UHGV virus genome: UHGV-1378516
DNA from: a virus
Direction: 5' to 3' (one strand)
Length of the DNA: 64,000 bases
Numbering within the stretch: the stretch's first letter is position 1; every line of letters begins with the position of its first letter. Positions 55,610 to 64,000 of this stretch are shown here, piece by piece. Below the pieces are notes generated by a model. That model searched no databases and was not told the DNA's origin. It was given only the letters and a program-made list of their open reading frames with translations. The position numbers were made by a program, and so were the translations under genes.

Positions 55610-55824
55610 CACTTGCAGACGTTATTCAGCAACTTCATGATAACTGCTACACTCCAGAGTTAATTCAGGAGATGTCCATTGTAGTCATGCCTAGCAAGTT
55701 CGTAAAAACCTTTAACAACGACGCTTTAAGGTCTACACACATCCTTATCGTTGACGGTAAGATTGCAAAAGACCATACTGGAGTACTCAAAGGTGAACGT
55801 ATTGATATTCTGGAGTTGCTATGA
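55606..55824 (+). CDS. hypothetical protein (72 aa)
   Basis: ATGA overlap; GGAGA RBS. Confidence 0.4.
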   Translation: MTLADVIQQLHDNCYTPELIQEMSIVVMPSKFVKTFNNDALRSTHILIVDGKIAKDHTGVLKGERIDILELL

Positions 55825-55956
55825 AGAAGATGTACAGTCTCTGGGGAAGGGTTGGTAAAGGTTTTGACTGGACACTTCTTCGTTCAAACGTTAAACGTAG
55901 TGAATTACCAGAACTCATCACTCACTATTTAAAAACATACAGAGAGGTAGACTATC

Positions 55957-56214
55957 GTGAACAATAAGGTTAAGAGTTGTGTGAAAGCAATGGTTGCACT
56001 TGGAGTAATTTTTCTGGCTGGCTGCAACCCATCTTATGAAAACAAAGATGCTTCTTACAGCCTCCCTCCAGAGATGCAAGACTGCAAAATCTACAAACTC
56101 AATGGTGATGCTATAAGCAGAGATATTGTTGTTGTCAGATGCCCAAACTCTCAAACAACAACATCTTATAGCTATGGTAAAAATGGTCAATCACATACCA
56201 CGGTTATTGAGTGA
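55957..56214 (+). CDS. small lipoprotein (GTG start)
   Basis: Signal peptide with lipobox FLAGC (MNNKVKSCVKAMVALGVIFLAGCNPS). Confidence 0.5.
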   Translation: MNNKVKSCVKAMVALGVIFLAGCNPSYENKDASYSLPPEMQDCKIYKLNGDAISRDIVVVRCPNSQTTTSYSYGKNGQSHTTVIE

Positions 56215-56224
56215 GGTTTTTACG

Positions 56225-56431
56225 ATGGAAGTATTAGTAAACTATATCTATCGTTATGATGTTGTTCACTCCACTACAACTGTAGCTCAACGCAATCCAA
56301 TAGTTCCACGAGAAGGTGAGCTTGTTCGCATTGATGGTTGGACTTACACTGTGGAAAGCATCATTCATAAGTTTGATGTTGTTGGTGATGTTCAAGTTAT
56401 CGACGTGGAAATTGGTGGTAAGAGAAAATGA
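56225..56431 (+). CDS. hypothetical protein (68 aa)
   Basis: ATG after GAGG RBS. Confidence 0.4.
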   Translation: MEVLVNYIYRYDVVHSTTTVAQRNPIVPREGELVRIDGWTYTVESIIHKFDVVGDVQVIDVEIGGKRK

Positions 56432-56587
56432 AATCTAAGCAAACAATGACAGATGCAATCTTCACAGTACACAGTTTCGAAAGGTTGCACATTAAAGATG
56501 TAAAAAATACACCAAAATGCGTTGTACATTTCATTAAAAGACGTAGTGAGAGGTCTTATATAAAATCTGACACAGGCGAGAGTACAA

Positions 56588-56806
56588 ATGGGTAAAGATA
56601 ATAAATTTCAGAACGCAGTTCTTACAGAAGATGGTGAGCTTGAAACATTCATTCTTCGTGTTGATGGTAAGTTATTCCGGTGTCGTTGTGGGTCAAACTG
56701 TTTCCATAAACCAGATAAAAACGACTTAGAGCTTTACGCATGTAATGCTTGCAACACTTGGTATCACTCAGAGGTTAAAAATGACAATTCTGTACAAACA
56801 AAATAA
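56588..56806 (+). CDS. small zinc-ribbon protein
   Basis: CRCGSNC ... CNACN Cys pairs. Confidence 0.45.
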   Translation: MGKDNKFQNAVLTEDGELETFILRVDGKLFRCRCGSNCFHKPDKNDLELYACNACNTWYHSEVKNDNSVQTK

Positions 56807-57884
56807 AGATGGTTCCTTCAACGTCTGGTCATGTGTTGCTGTAGGTGACAAAGTTATCACAACCTATGGTAAAGAAAATGGCAAGATGATGTTTGAAGAG
56901 TACACAGCAGAGCCTAAGAACATCGGTAAAAAGAATGAGCGTAATGCTGAACAGCAAGCTCTCTTTGAAGTTGCTGCTAAGTATAAAAAGCAAGTTGACC
57001 GTAAAGGTTATGCTTACACAAAAGAGTCTGCACAGAATACTGAGAAGGTAGGTGTACAGCTTGCTCATGATGCTGCAAAGGTTAGTCATGCAAAGTATCT
57101 GAAGTTCCCTGCTGATGCTCAACCAAAACTTGATGGTGTCCGTTGTAGAATTTCAAGACACTTGAGTATTGGCAGTGTATTTACAGCATATTCTCGTGAG
57201 AATACTGTTTACAAAATCCCTACTGAGCTAATACCTGACATTATGGCAATGTTAAGGCTCCACAAAGATGTTGATGAATTTGATGGAGAGATTTATGCTC
57301 ATGGGTGGGACTTAGAAGATATCGTCTCCATGATTAAAAATGAAGACAATCCTGACAGACACTTACTCAAGTTTTACTGGTATGATATCTGTGACAGTAC
57401 TAAGACGTGGCCTGAGCGTAGAGATATTATTGAGACTTCACCATTGAATGACTTCAGAGACGGCTGTAAAGTTGTTCCTGTTAAGTCTCGTCGTGTGAAC
57501 TCTTGGGAAGAGTTTGATGAAGCTCATGATAAGTGGGTTGAAGCTAAGTTTGAAGGTGCAATGTACCGTTCAATCTCTGAAGAATCTTTCTATGAGTGTG
57601 GTCACCGTTCATACTTCTTGATTAAGCACAAGAAGATGCACACTGAAGAGTTTAAAGTGACTGGTGTCAAGACTGATAAACGTGGCCACGGTAAGTTCGT
57701 TGTAGAGACTCTTCCTAACGTCTTTGTAGATGTCTCATGGAAGACTACTCATGAGAAGAAACAGTATCTTGCTGAGCATCCTGAAGAGTTTATCGGGAAG
57801 CCTTTAACGGTTCAGTTCCAGAAGATGACTCGTAAGGGTTCTTTACAGTTCCCTGTTGGTCTCGTTATACGAGATTATGAATAA
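56781..57884 (+). CDS. ATP-dependent DNA ligase
   Basis: Adenylation motif I KLDGVR (QPKLDGVRCRI); size and C-terminal OB-like region typical of T7-type ligases. Confidence 0.75.
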   Translation: MTILYKQNKDGSFNVWSCVAVGDKVITTYGKENGKMMFEEYTAEPKNIGKKNERNAEQQALFEVAAKYKKQVDRKGYAYTKESAQNTEKVGVQLAHDAAKVSHAKYLKFPADAQPKLDGVRCRISRHLSIGSVFTAYSRENTVYKIPTELIPDIMAMLRLHKDVDEFDGEIYAHGWDLEDIVSMIKNEDNPDRHLLKFYWYDICDSTKTWPERRDIIETSPLNDFRDGCKVVPVKSRRVNSWEEFDEAHDKWVEAKFEGAMYRSISEESFYECGHRSYFLIKHKKMHTEEFKVTGVKTDKRGHGKFVVETLPNVFVDVSWKTTHEKKQYLAEHPEEFIGKPLTVQFQKMTRKGSLQFPVGLVIRDYE

Positions 57885-57939
57885 AAGTTGTTGACATAGA
57901 AAATTTGGTGAGTATACTGAGCAGCATAAACCAACGGGT

Positions 57940-58260
57940 ACTCACCAGCATCACTTAAGAGTCTTTTAAAAGGGTTTTTAAGTGATGTTTGGTTAGGTAT
58001 GGTTGGGTGGTGTGAGGTCAGGTTTAGTTTGGTCTGGTAAGGTATGGGTAGTTAGTCTCAGCTACATTAAAATGAGACTTACCTTTTTAAAAGGTCTTTA
58101 GAGAGGGTCTTTTAATAAGGTCTGGTCGTGTCCGGTTCGGTAGTGTTGGGCTTGGCTTGGTCTGGTCTGGTAAGGGTGGATGGTAGTAGCCACGTTAAAA
58201 ATCTACCAAGTTTCTAAAGAGTCTTCTGTTGAGGGTTCTTTACAAACAACTTAACAATCA
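57940..58260. repeat. composite non-coding module A: palindrome CACTTAAGAG...TTAAGTGATG, GGT-rich tract, AAAAGGTCTTTAGAGAGGGTCTTTTAAT box
   Basis: Second copy at 59320-59640. Confidence 0.55.
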
Positions 58261-58265
58261 ACTAA

Positions 58266-58871
<606 letters not shown>

Positions 58872-58873
58872 TT

Positions 58874-59314
58874 ATGAATACAAAAGCATTAGCAGCAAAG
58901 TTCAGTTACGGTGACACTGTATCACATTCTGAGATGGACACCTTCTTAGGTATTGTGAAGCCAACTTATCAAGGTGACATTGTTAAGTACGAAGATGAAA
59001 TGAAGGCTTATGCACTTACACGACTAAACCGACTTGAGAAGTTTATTGAAAAGCTTCTTAAAGAAGAGAAGATTTATCTGGTTGCTTCAATGGGTGTTGG
59101 CTATCGTGTGGTTGAACCTAAACATCAAGCAACTATTGCAAAACGTAAAATGTCTGGTAAGATTGGTCGTGCTTTAAAGCAAGCCACTCAAGCGATTGAG
59201 AATGTGAACACTATGGCACTTAGCCATCAAGAACGCTCACGACTGATTGAACAGCAAAACCATTTAGCTGCTATGAAAGCTAACATTAACAAGCAACGTA
59301 GAAAACCTTTCTAA
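58874..59314 (+). CDS. hypothetical protein (146 aa)
   Basis: ORF track. Confidence 0.5.
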   Translation: MNTKALAAKFSYGDTVSHSEMDTFLGIVKPTYQGDIVKYEDEMKAYALTRLNRLEKFIEKLLKEEKIYLVASMGVGYRVVEPKHQATIAKRKMSGKIGRALKQATQAIENVNTMALSHQERSRLIEQQNHLAAMKANINKQRRKPF

Positions 59315-59325
59315 GTTGACTAGGT

Positions 59326-59349
59326 AGCCTCTTCGGAGGCTCCTTTTTA
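59326..59349 (+). terminator. rho-independent terminator
   Basis: Hairpin AGCCTCTTCGGAGGCT followed by CCTTTTTAAAA. Confidence 0.65.
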
Positions 59350-59640
59350 AAAGGTCTTTAAGAGGGTCTTTTAATGAGGTACGGCGCGGTTAGGTAAGGT
59401 CTGGTAGGGTAGGGTGAGGTTTGGTAAAGTGCGGGTAGTTAATCGGAGCTACATAAAAATTCGATTACATCACTTAAGAGTCTTCTAAGAGGATTTTTAA
59501 GTGATGCTCGGTCGGGTTTGGTAGGGTTTGGTAGGGTGTGGTTCGGTATGGTGTGGTTTGGTGTGGTATGGTATGGAAGGATGGCAGTAGCCTTATAAAA
59601 AATCTGCCAAATAAGCTATAAAATCTGTTGACAAGTCAGG
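59350..59640. repeat. composite non-coding module B (second copy of 57940-58260 module)
   Basis: GGT-rich tract GGTTTGGTAGGGTTTGGTAGGGTGTGGTTCGGTATGGTGTGG; palindrome CATCACTTAAGAG...TTAAGTGATG. Confidence 0.55.
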
Positions 59641-59672
59641 TGTTATAGCTTATTTTTATACTCAACGTAATA
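59636..59672 (+). promoter_or_regulatory. sigma70-like promoter candidate (TTGACA ... TATACT)
   Basis: TTGACA at 59636 with AT-rich -10-like hexamers downstream, upstream of secreted-protein gene. Confidence 0.4.
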
Positions 59673-59700
59673 CAAAATTTAATATAACTTTGAGGTCATT

Positions 59701-60084
59701 ATGAAAAAGATTTTATTAGCTGCTGCAATGGTTATGGCAATGAATTTACCAGTCAATGCAACAGAACTTCCAAATGTGGACTTATCAGGTGTTCCAGAAG
59801 ACACTTGCCAGATTGTAAAAGGTATTGCTCTAGCTAATGGTGAGTTACTTAAACCAATCTCTGAAGAGTCTTTGACAGAGATGACTGATAAGGTAACTGA
59901 CTATCAATATCGTGTTCTTGCAGAGTATTTCCTGCAATCTGCAAACATTAAAGAGAAACACCATGATGATATTGATGTACAGGCGATGCTCAACCACCGT
60001 ATCCAGTTTAAAGAAGATTTGATGCAAAAAGCTATGTATGGTGTTGAGTATTTCTTAGAAAACAGAAGCTGCACAGGTATTTGA
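59701..60084 (+). CDS. secreted/periplasmic hypothetical protein
   Basis: Signal peptide MKKILLAAAMVMAMNLPVNA; GAGG RBS. Confidence 0.5.
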   Translation: MKKILLAAAMVMAMNLPVNATELPNVDLSGVPEDTCQIVKGIALANGELLKPISEESLTEMTDKVTDYQYRVLAEYFLQSANIKEKHHDDIDVQAMLNHRIQFKEDLMQKAMYGVEYFLENRSCTGI

Positions 60085-60085
60085 T

Positions 60086-60298
60086 ATGGCTCTTAAAAAG
60101 TTACATCCCAGAAGCGGTTATGGTAAGATAATTGACGATACAGACGGCTTTACAGTTTTTACAGTTATCTGTCAAGATGATTCACAGATTGAAAAGGTTC
60201 TTGACGATTATCTTAACGATGAACGTGAAAAGGTTAGGGCTACAAACATAGATTCATTGATTGACACTTCACGCAAACGGAAGAAGAAAGATGAATGA
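60086..60298 (+). CDS. hypothetical protein (70 aa)
   Basis: ORF track. Confidence 0.4.
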   Translation: MALKKLHPRSGYGKIIDDTDGFTVFTVICQDDSQIEKVLDDYLNDEREKVRATNIDSLIDTSRKRKKKDE

Positions 60299-60590
60299 GG
60301 TTTTTGACCCTTATGCCCCACAAGATGATTGGGAGGCTGATAGAGAGGCTGAAATGGAGAGTTATATTTGTCCAATGGATGTAGACGAAATGAGAGACTT
60401 CGTTGCACATCGTTTTAAGAGAGAGATTAAATCAAGAGGTCTTTCTCAAGAGCAAGTTGCTAAAATTTGTGGTATCTCTCAGGCTCGTGTATCCAACATA
60501 ATCCACCTCACTGGGAATGTTTCCCTTGAGTATATGTTGGAAGTATGTGAAAAATTTGGTGTTAATTTTAATTTAAGGTTGGCAGATTAA
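60291..60590 (+). CDS. HTH (XRE-like) DNA-binding protein
   Basis: Helix-turn-helix-like segment QEQVAKICGISQARVSNII. Confidence 0.45.
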   Translation: MNEVFDPYAPQDDWEADREAEMESYICPMDVDEMRDFVAHRFKREIKSRGLSQEQVAKICGISQARVSNIIHLTGNVSLEYMLEVCEKFGVNFNLRLAD

Positions 60591-60591
60591 T

Positions 60592-60951
60592 ATGAAACGT
60601 GAAAACATTATCCACTCTGAAAACTTCGCATTAGGCTTTTATGGTGTACCTACTCACCTTGAAAAGTATTATGGTGTAAAAATTCTTTCCAATCTCATTA
60701 TGGCTTACAAAGATGGTAAGATTAAGCACACTGAGAAGAAACGTGTCATGGGCTATATGGCGGTAGGTTCAGCAATCTCGAACATTAAGCTGGAAACAAC
60801 TAGCAGTCAGATTGTGAAAGACCACTTCATCAAAGAGCTTTACCACAATCTTGATGGTGTAGATGTTCAGGCTGTTTGGCTGGATGTTGACGGTCATAAC
60901 TACACAAGTTTCGTTTTCAAAAACGATGACATTAAGTGTTTATTCCCTTAA
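60592..60951 (+). CDS. hypothetical protein (119 aa)
   Basis: ORF track. Confidence 0.45.
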   Translation: MKRENIIHSENFALGFYGVPTHLEKYYGVKILSNLIMAYKDGKIKHTEKKRVMGYMAVGSAISNIKLETTSSQIVKDHFIKELYHNLDGVDVQAVWLDVDGHNYTSFVFKNDDIKCLFP

Positions 60952-60964
60952 TAGGTGATTAACT

Positions 60965-61480
60965 ATGATTGATATCTACTTACAAGATGCTCATGCAGAC
61001 TTCCTTAAAGTGATGCTTAAAAAGTTTATGGCTTCACAGGGTGAGAATGAAGCATCTTTTAAAATAGTTACATGTGGCGACGAAGCTGGTTTTGTTGAGG
61101 TTGAACATGAAGGTACTGGAAAGACTGTTTGTAAGTTACCTGATAGTATGTTCTCTAGCACGTTCTTAACAAAGACTAGTATAAATGTTAAGCTTGTACC
61201 TCAGATTGAAACATACTCTGGTACAGATTACCCTAAAGGTTTCAAGTCACTGATGAAGTACTTCTTAGATGACTTTGTGAGTAATCTTCTTCGGGAGGTA
61301 AAAGAAAGTCGTACAGTGTTAACTGTAGAGAATATAGGAGGCACTATAAGGGTCACTTCTGACTGTTTTGTTATGAGCCTCTTTGACTTCGTTCCTAAGA
61401 ATTTTGACGGTATTCTGGATGAAGAAGACGACTGTGTAGATTTTATATTGGTTCTTGAACCAGTTTTTGAGGTTAAATAA
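60965..61480 (+). CDS. hypothetical protein (171 aa)
   Basis: ORF track. Confidence 0.45.
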   Translation: MIDIYLQDAHADFLKVMLKKFMASQGENEASFKIVTCGDEAGFVEVEHEGTGKTVCKLPDSMFSSTFLTKTSINVKLVPQIETYSGTDYPKGFKSLMKYFLDDFVSNLLREVKESRTVLTVENIGGTIRVTSDCFVMSLFDFVPKNFDGILDEEDDCVDFILVLEPVFEVK

Positions 61481-61741
61481 ATGAAAATTGAACACTGCTA
61501 TGAGTCTGATGGAACACCTATCCGATGCCCACATTGTGGATGTACAGACTTGCAAGGTGAAGTTCATGTGATTGTTAATGGTCATATAGCTGAAGAGAGT
61601 ACGACATGTGTTGGTTGTGGTGAGCATCTATCATTCTGGGCCTATGGTTCATACCAACCTACACCACACTTAATCTACCACAGCAATAAAGCTGTGAAGA
61701 ATGTCATCAACTGGTTCATTAAGAAAGGATTTACAAAATGA
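61481..61741 (+). CDS. small zinc-ribbon protein
   Basis: CPHCGC ... CVGCGEH. Confidence 0.45.
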   Translation: MKIEHCYESDGTPIRCPHCGCTDLQGEVHVIVNGHIAEESTTCVGCGEHLSFWAYGSYQPTPHLIYHSNKAVKNVINWFIKKGFTK

Positions 61742-62283
61742 TTAAACTAATCTTTGCAAGTGGCGAAAATGGTGAATTTGGTACACCGACTGGTATGCCG
61801 TGGCCTAGACATAAACAGGACATGCAAGAGTTTAAGAGACTCACTAAAAATAACTTAGTAGTCATGGGTAATGAGACTTTTAAGACTCTGGGTAGTAAAC
61901 CTTTACCAGAACGTGCAAACCTCATCTTAACAAATTCTGTACCATACTTAGGCATAGACTTTGGCAAAGATGATGTAATGTATGCTAAAGCCAGTAAAGA
62001 GTCATTTGGAGCATTTTTGAAGTATCTTGATAGCTCTATTGATGAAGATGTCTTTGTAATTGGTGGTGCAGGTATCCTTGTCAATGCTTTACCGTATGCT
62101 AGTGTGGTGTTCCATACTGTTTTCCATAAAGTTACTGAAGAGGCCACTGTGCATTTACCTTTTGAAAACTTCTTTGAGAAGCTGTATGATAACCGTGTGT
62201 TTACAAAGGTACAGTCAAAACCATCAGAGGATGGTAAAGCAACTTTTGAAATTTATGTTCCACAAGTAAAAGGACACTTTTGA
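61738..62283 (+). CDS. folA: dihydrofolate reductase
   Basis: N-terminal MIKLIFASGENGEFG...MPW and LVVMGNETFKTLG motifs typical of DHFR; 181 aa; directly upstream of thyA. Confidence 0.8.
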   Translation: MIKLIFASGENGEFGTPTGMPWPRHKQDMQEFKRLTKNNLVVMGNETFKTLGSKPLPERANLILTNSVPYLGIDFGKDDVMYAKASKESFGAFLKYLDSSIDEDVFVIGGAGILVNALPYASVVFHTVFHKVTEEATVHLPFENFFEKLYDNRVFTKVQSKPSEDGKATFEIYVPQVKGHF

Positions 62284-62284
62284 T

Positions 62285-63184
62285 ATGTCACAAGCAGATA
62301 CAAGTTACAAAAATATCCTGAACCATGTTTTATCCGTTGGTGAACTGCGTACTACACGAACTGGAGATGTTATCTCTGCTTTTGCTCCACCTCAGTTTCG
62401 TTTTGATATGCGTACTGGTTTCCCGCTCTTAACATCTAAACAGGTGTTTACACGGCAAGTTATTGGGGAGGCTTTATGGTTCCTGAATGGTGAGAATAAG
62501 CTTGGTGAACTTCGTTACCGTACTTGGGATGAAAATGACGGAGAACGCTGGACTATCTGGTCAGATGATTTTAAACGTTGGTTAAGCTCTAATTATTCTT
62601 CTGAACAAGACTGGTTAGATGACGCAGGTGGGAGAATCTACGGGGTTCAGTGGAGAAACTTTGAAGGTCATAATGGTTGTGTTGTAGACCAGTTAGAGAC
62701 CTTAGTAACGAAGATGAAGGGTGATATTACAGACCGCTACATGCTTGTTAATGCTTGGAATGCAGCAGATATTGCATCCAACTCGATGGCTTTAGCACCT
62801 TGTCATGTTCTGTTTCAGATTTATATCACTAATGAGGGTGAAGTTGACTTACAGTGGTATCAACGTTCAGTAGACACCTTTTTAGGACTTCCGTTTAATA
62901 TTGCATCTTACGGTTTTATTCTGGAAGTTCTTTGTAAGATGACTGGATACACTCCACGGTACTTGATAGGTGTCTTTGGAGATACTCAGATTTATCAGAA
63001 CCATATGAAACAGGTTTATGAACTGATGAACAATGAAGAGTTCCATGCACCTACTTTTGAGATTGGTGTACCACTTAACACACTAAGTGACCTAAAACAC
63101 CTTACTGCAAGTGATTTTATTGGTGGCATTTACAACTACCAACATGCAGGAAAGATTGAAGCACCTTTGTCAGTAGGTAAGTAG
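62285..63184 (+). CDS. thyA: thymidylate synthase
   Basis: Signatures RTGxG (RTGDVIS), LAPCH active-site Cys (ALAPCHVLFQ), 299 aa. Confidence 0.9.
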   Translation: MSQADTSYKNILNHVLSVGELRTTRTGDVISAFAPPQFRFDMRTGFPLLTSKQVFTRQVIGEALWFLNGENKLGELRYRTWDENDGERWTIWSDDFKRWLSSNYSSEQDWLDDAGGRIYGVQWRNFEGHNGCVVDQLETLVTKMKGDITDRYMLVNAWNAADIASNSMALAPCHVLFQIYITNEGEVDLQWYQRSVDTFLGLPFNIASYGFILEVLCKMTGYTPRYLIGVFGDTQIYQNHMKQVYELMNNEEFHAPTFEIGVPLNTLSDLKHLTASDFIGGIYNYQHAGKIEAPLSVGK

Positions 63185-63194
63185 AAACAAAAAA

Positions 63195-63222
63195 GGCTCC
63201 TTTTTACGGGAGCCTTAAACTT
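63195..63222. terminator. bidirectional rho-independent terminator between convergent genes
   Basis: Hairpin GGCTCCTTTTTACGGGAGCC flanked by A-run upstream and T-run downstream. Confidence 0.65.
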
Positions 63223-63593
63223 TATTTTTCAGTACTTTTTGTGTTCTTCTCAGTAATAGCTTGGAGGGCTGATACTGATTGAGCCAGATTATTTACACTG
63301 TCAGAGAACTTATCAAGAGTTTTGGTAAGTTTTGCATTCTCACCCTTAACATTCTCTAACTGAACTTTCTGATTCTCCATCCCTAACTGAATAAGTCTCA
63401 TGTCAGACTGTAAATCACGAATAGCTGAATAGTTACTTTTGGTGTAATTATCTAGCTGCTGTAACTTCGTTGTGACAGACACTTCTTGCTTACCACTTGA
63501 AACTTGCATCGTGGTATACATCCCAATAACACTAAAAATACCAACTACAATTGCACCAATATTATTTTTAAAAGCATCCTCTAGCCACTTCAT
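63222..63593 (-). CDS. hypothetical membrane-anchored coiled-coil protein
   Basis: N-terminal TM IGAIVVGIFSVIGMYT then heptad-rich region. Confidence 0.45.
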   Translation of the reverse strand: MKWLEDAFKNNIGAIVVGIFSVIGMYTTMQVSSGKQEVSVTTKLQQLDNYTKSNYSAIRDLQSDMRLIQLGMENQKVQLENVKGENAKLTKTLDKFSDSVNNLAQSVSALQAITEKNTKSTEK

Positions 63594-63787
63594 TTATTCT
63601 CCCCCTTAAAAGCTTTTTCTAAGTTATCTACGAACTCATCATCAATAGGTGTGTCTGTTTTACTCGCAAGGTATCTTGCAAGCTTAAAGAACACTTTCTC
63701 AATCATGTATTCACTTAGAAGGGATAAAATGAGTTTCCAGAAGAAGCTACCTAGATTTTTTAGAAGAATTGCTAGGATTGTAGGCAT
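63590..63787 (-). CDS. small membrane protein
   Basis: Hydrophobic N-terminus MPTILAILLKNLGSFFWKLILSLL. Confidence 0.4.
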   Translation of the reverse strand: MPTILAILLKNLGSFFWKLILSLLSEYMIEKVFFKLARYLASKTDTPIDDEFVDNLEKAFKGENK

Positions 63788-63862
63788 TTAATCACCTCAT
63801 CAGCCAAGATGGTGAGAATACCCATAAAGAATATTAACACCATCTTAACAATCAGTCAACAA

Positions 63863-64000
63863 GGGATTAAGCAGTTCTTACCCAAGCCATTAACTTATAG
63901 AACTGGTTAGTAACACTAAATGCTGAACCAGAACCAGTACCACCTGTGTTACCACTAACTGTGTGGCTGTGAGCACCAATACCAACAGTGTGGCTGTGGT
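63863..64000 (-). CDS. C-terminal end of a probable tail fibre protein (CDS starts beyond window end)
   Basis: Open frame to window edge ending ...HSHTVGIGAHSHTVSGNTGGTGSGSAFSVTNQFYKLMAWVRTA; His-box-like HSHTV repeats. Confidence 0.35.

Overview
This window reads as a segment of a large virulent tailed-phage genome; no cellular housekeeping genes and no rRNA were seen. All calls below come from reading the sequence and the supplied ORF track by eye; no search or folding program was run. Layout: (1) the N-terminal part of a terminase large subunit at the left edge (minus strand); (2) a minus-strand tRNA cluster of about 30 tRNA or tRNA-like genes (878-6086) interrupted by three CDSs and by repeated spacer modules; (3) a plus-strand block 8370-16772 containing a 4x Ig-like-repeat protein and a T4-lysozyme-like endolysin; (4) a 1.6 kb non-coding convergence zone (16812-18400) packed with short YTAACAR repeats; (5) a long minus-strand block 18462-52381 that starts with a modular array of small genes, each preceded by a conserved hairpin + RBS cassette, and continues with a macro-domain-like protein, an overlapped spanin pair, rIIA/rIIB-like genes, a NAMPT-family + Prs-family gene pair (best explained as the NAD+ reconstitution pathway NARP1, Namat + Adps), anaerobic and aerobic ribonucleotide reductases with a glutaredoxin, HNH and GIY-YIG homing endonucleases, 5'-3' exonuclease, SSB-like protein, T7-gp4-like primase-helicase and dNMP kinase; (6) a plus-strand block 52639-63184 with family-A DNA polymerase, ATP-dependent DNA ligase, DHFR and thymidylate synthase; (7) the C-terminus of a probable tail fibre at the right edge. 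Gene content is consistent with a Felix-O1-like (Ounavirinae) myovirus, but that is inference. The most interesting items are the NARP1-like counter-defence pair, the macro-domain-like gene, the cassette-organised small-gene array, and several repeat-rich non-coding regions. tRNA coordinates are good to a few nucleotides; several anticodon assignments are tentative.
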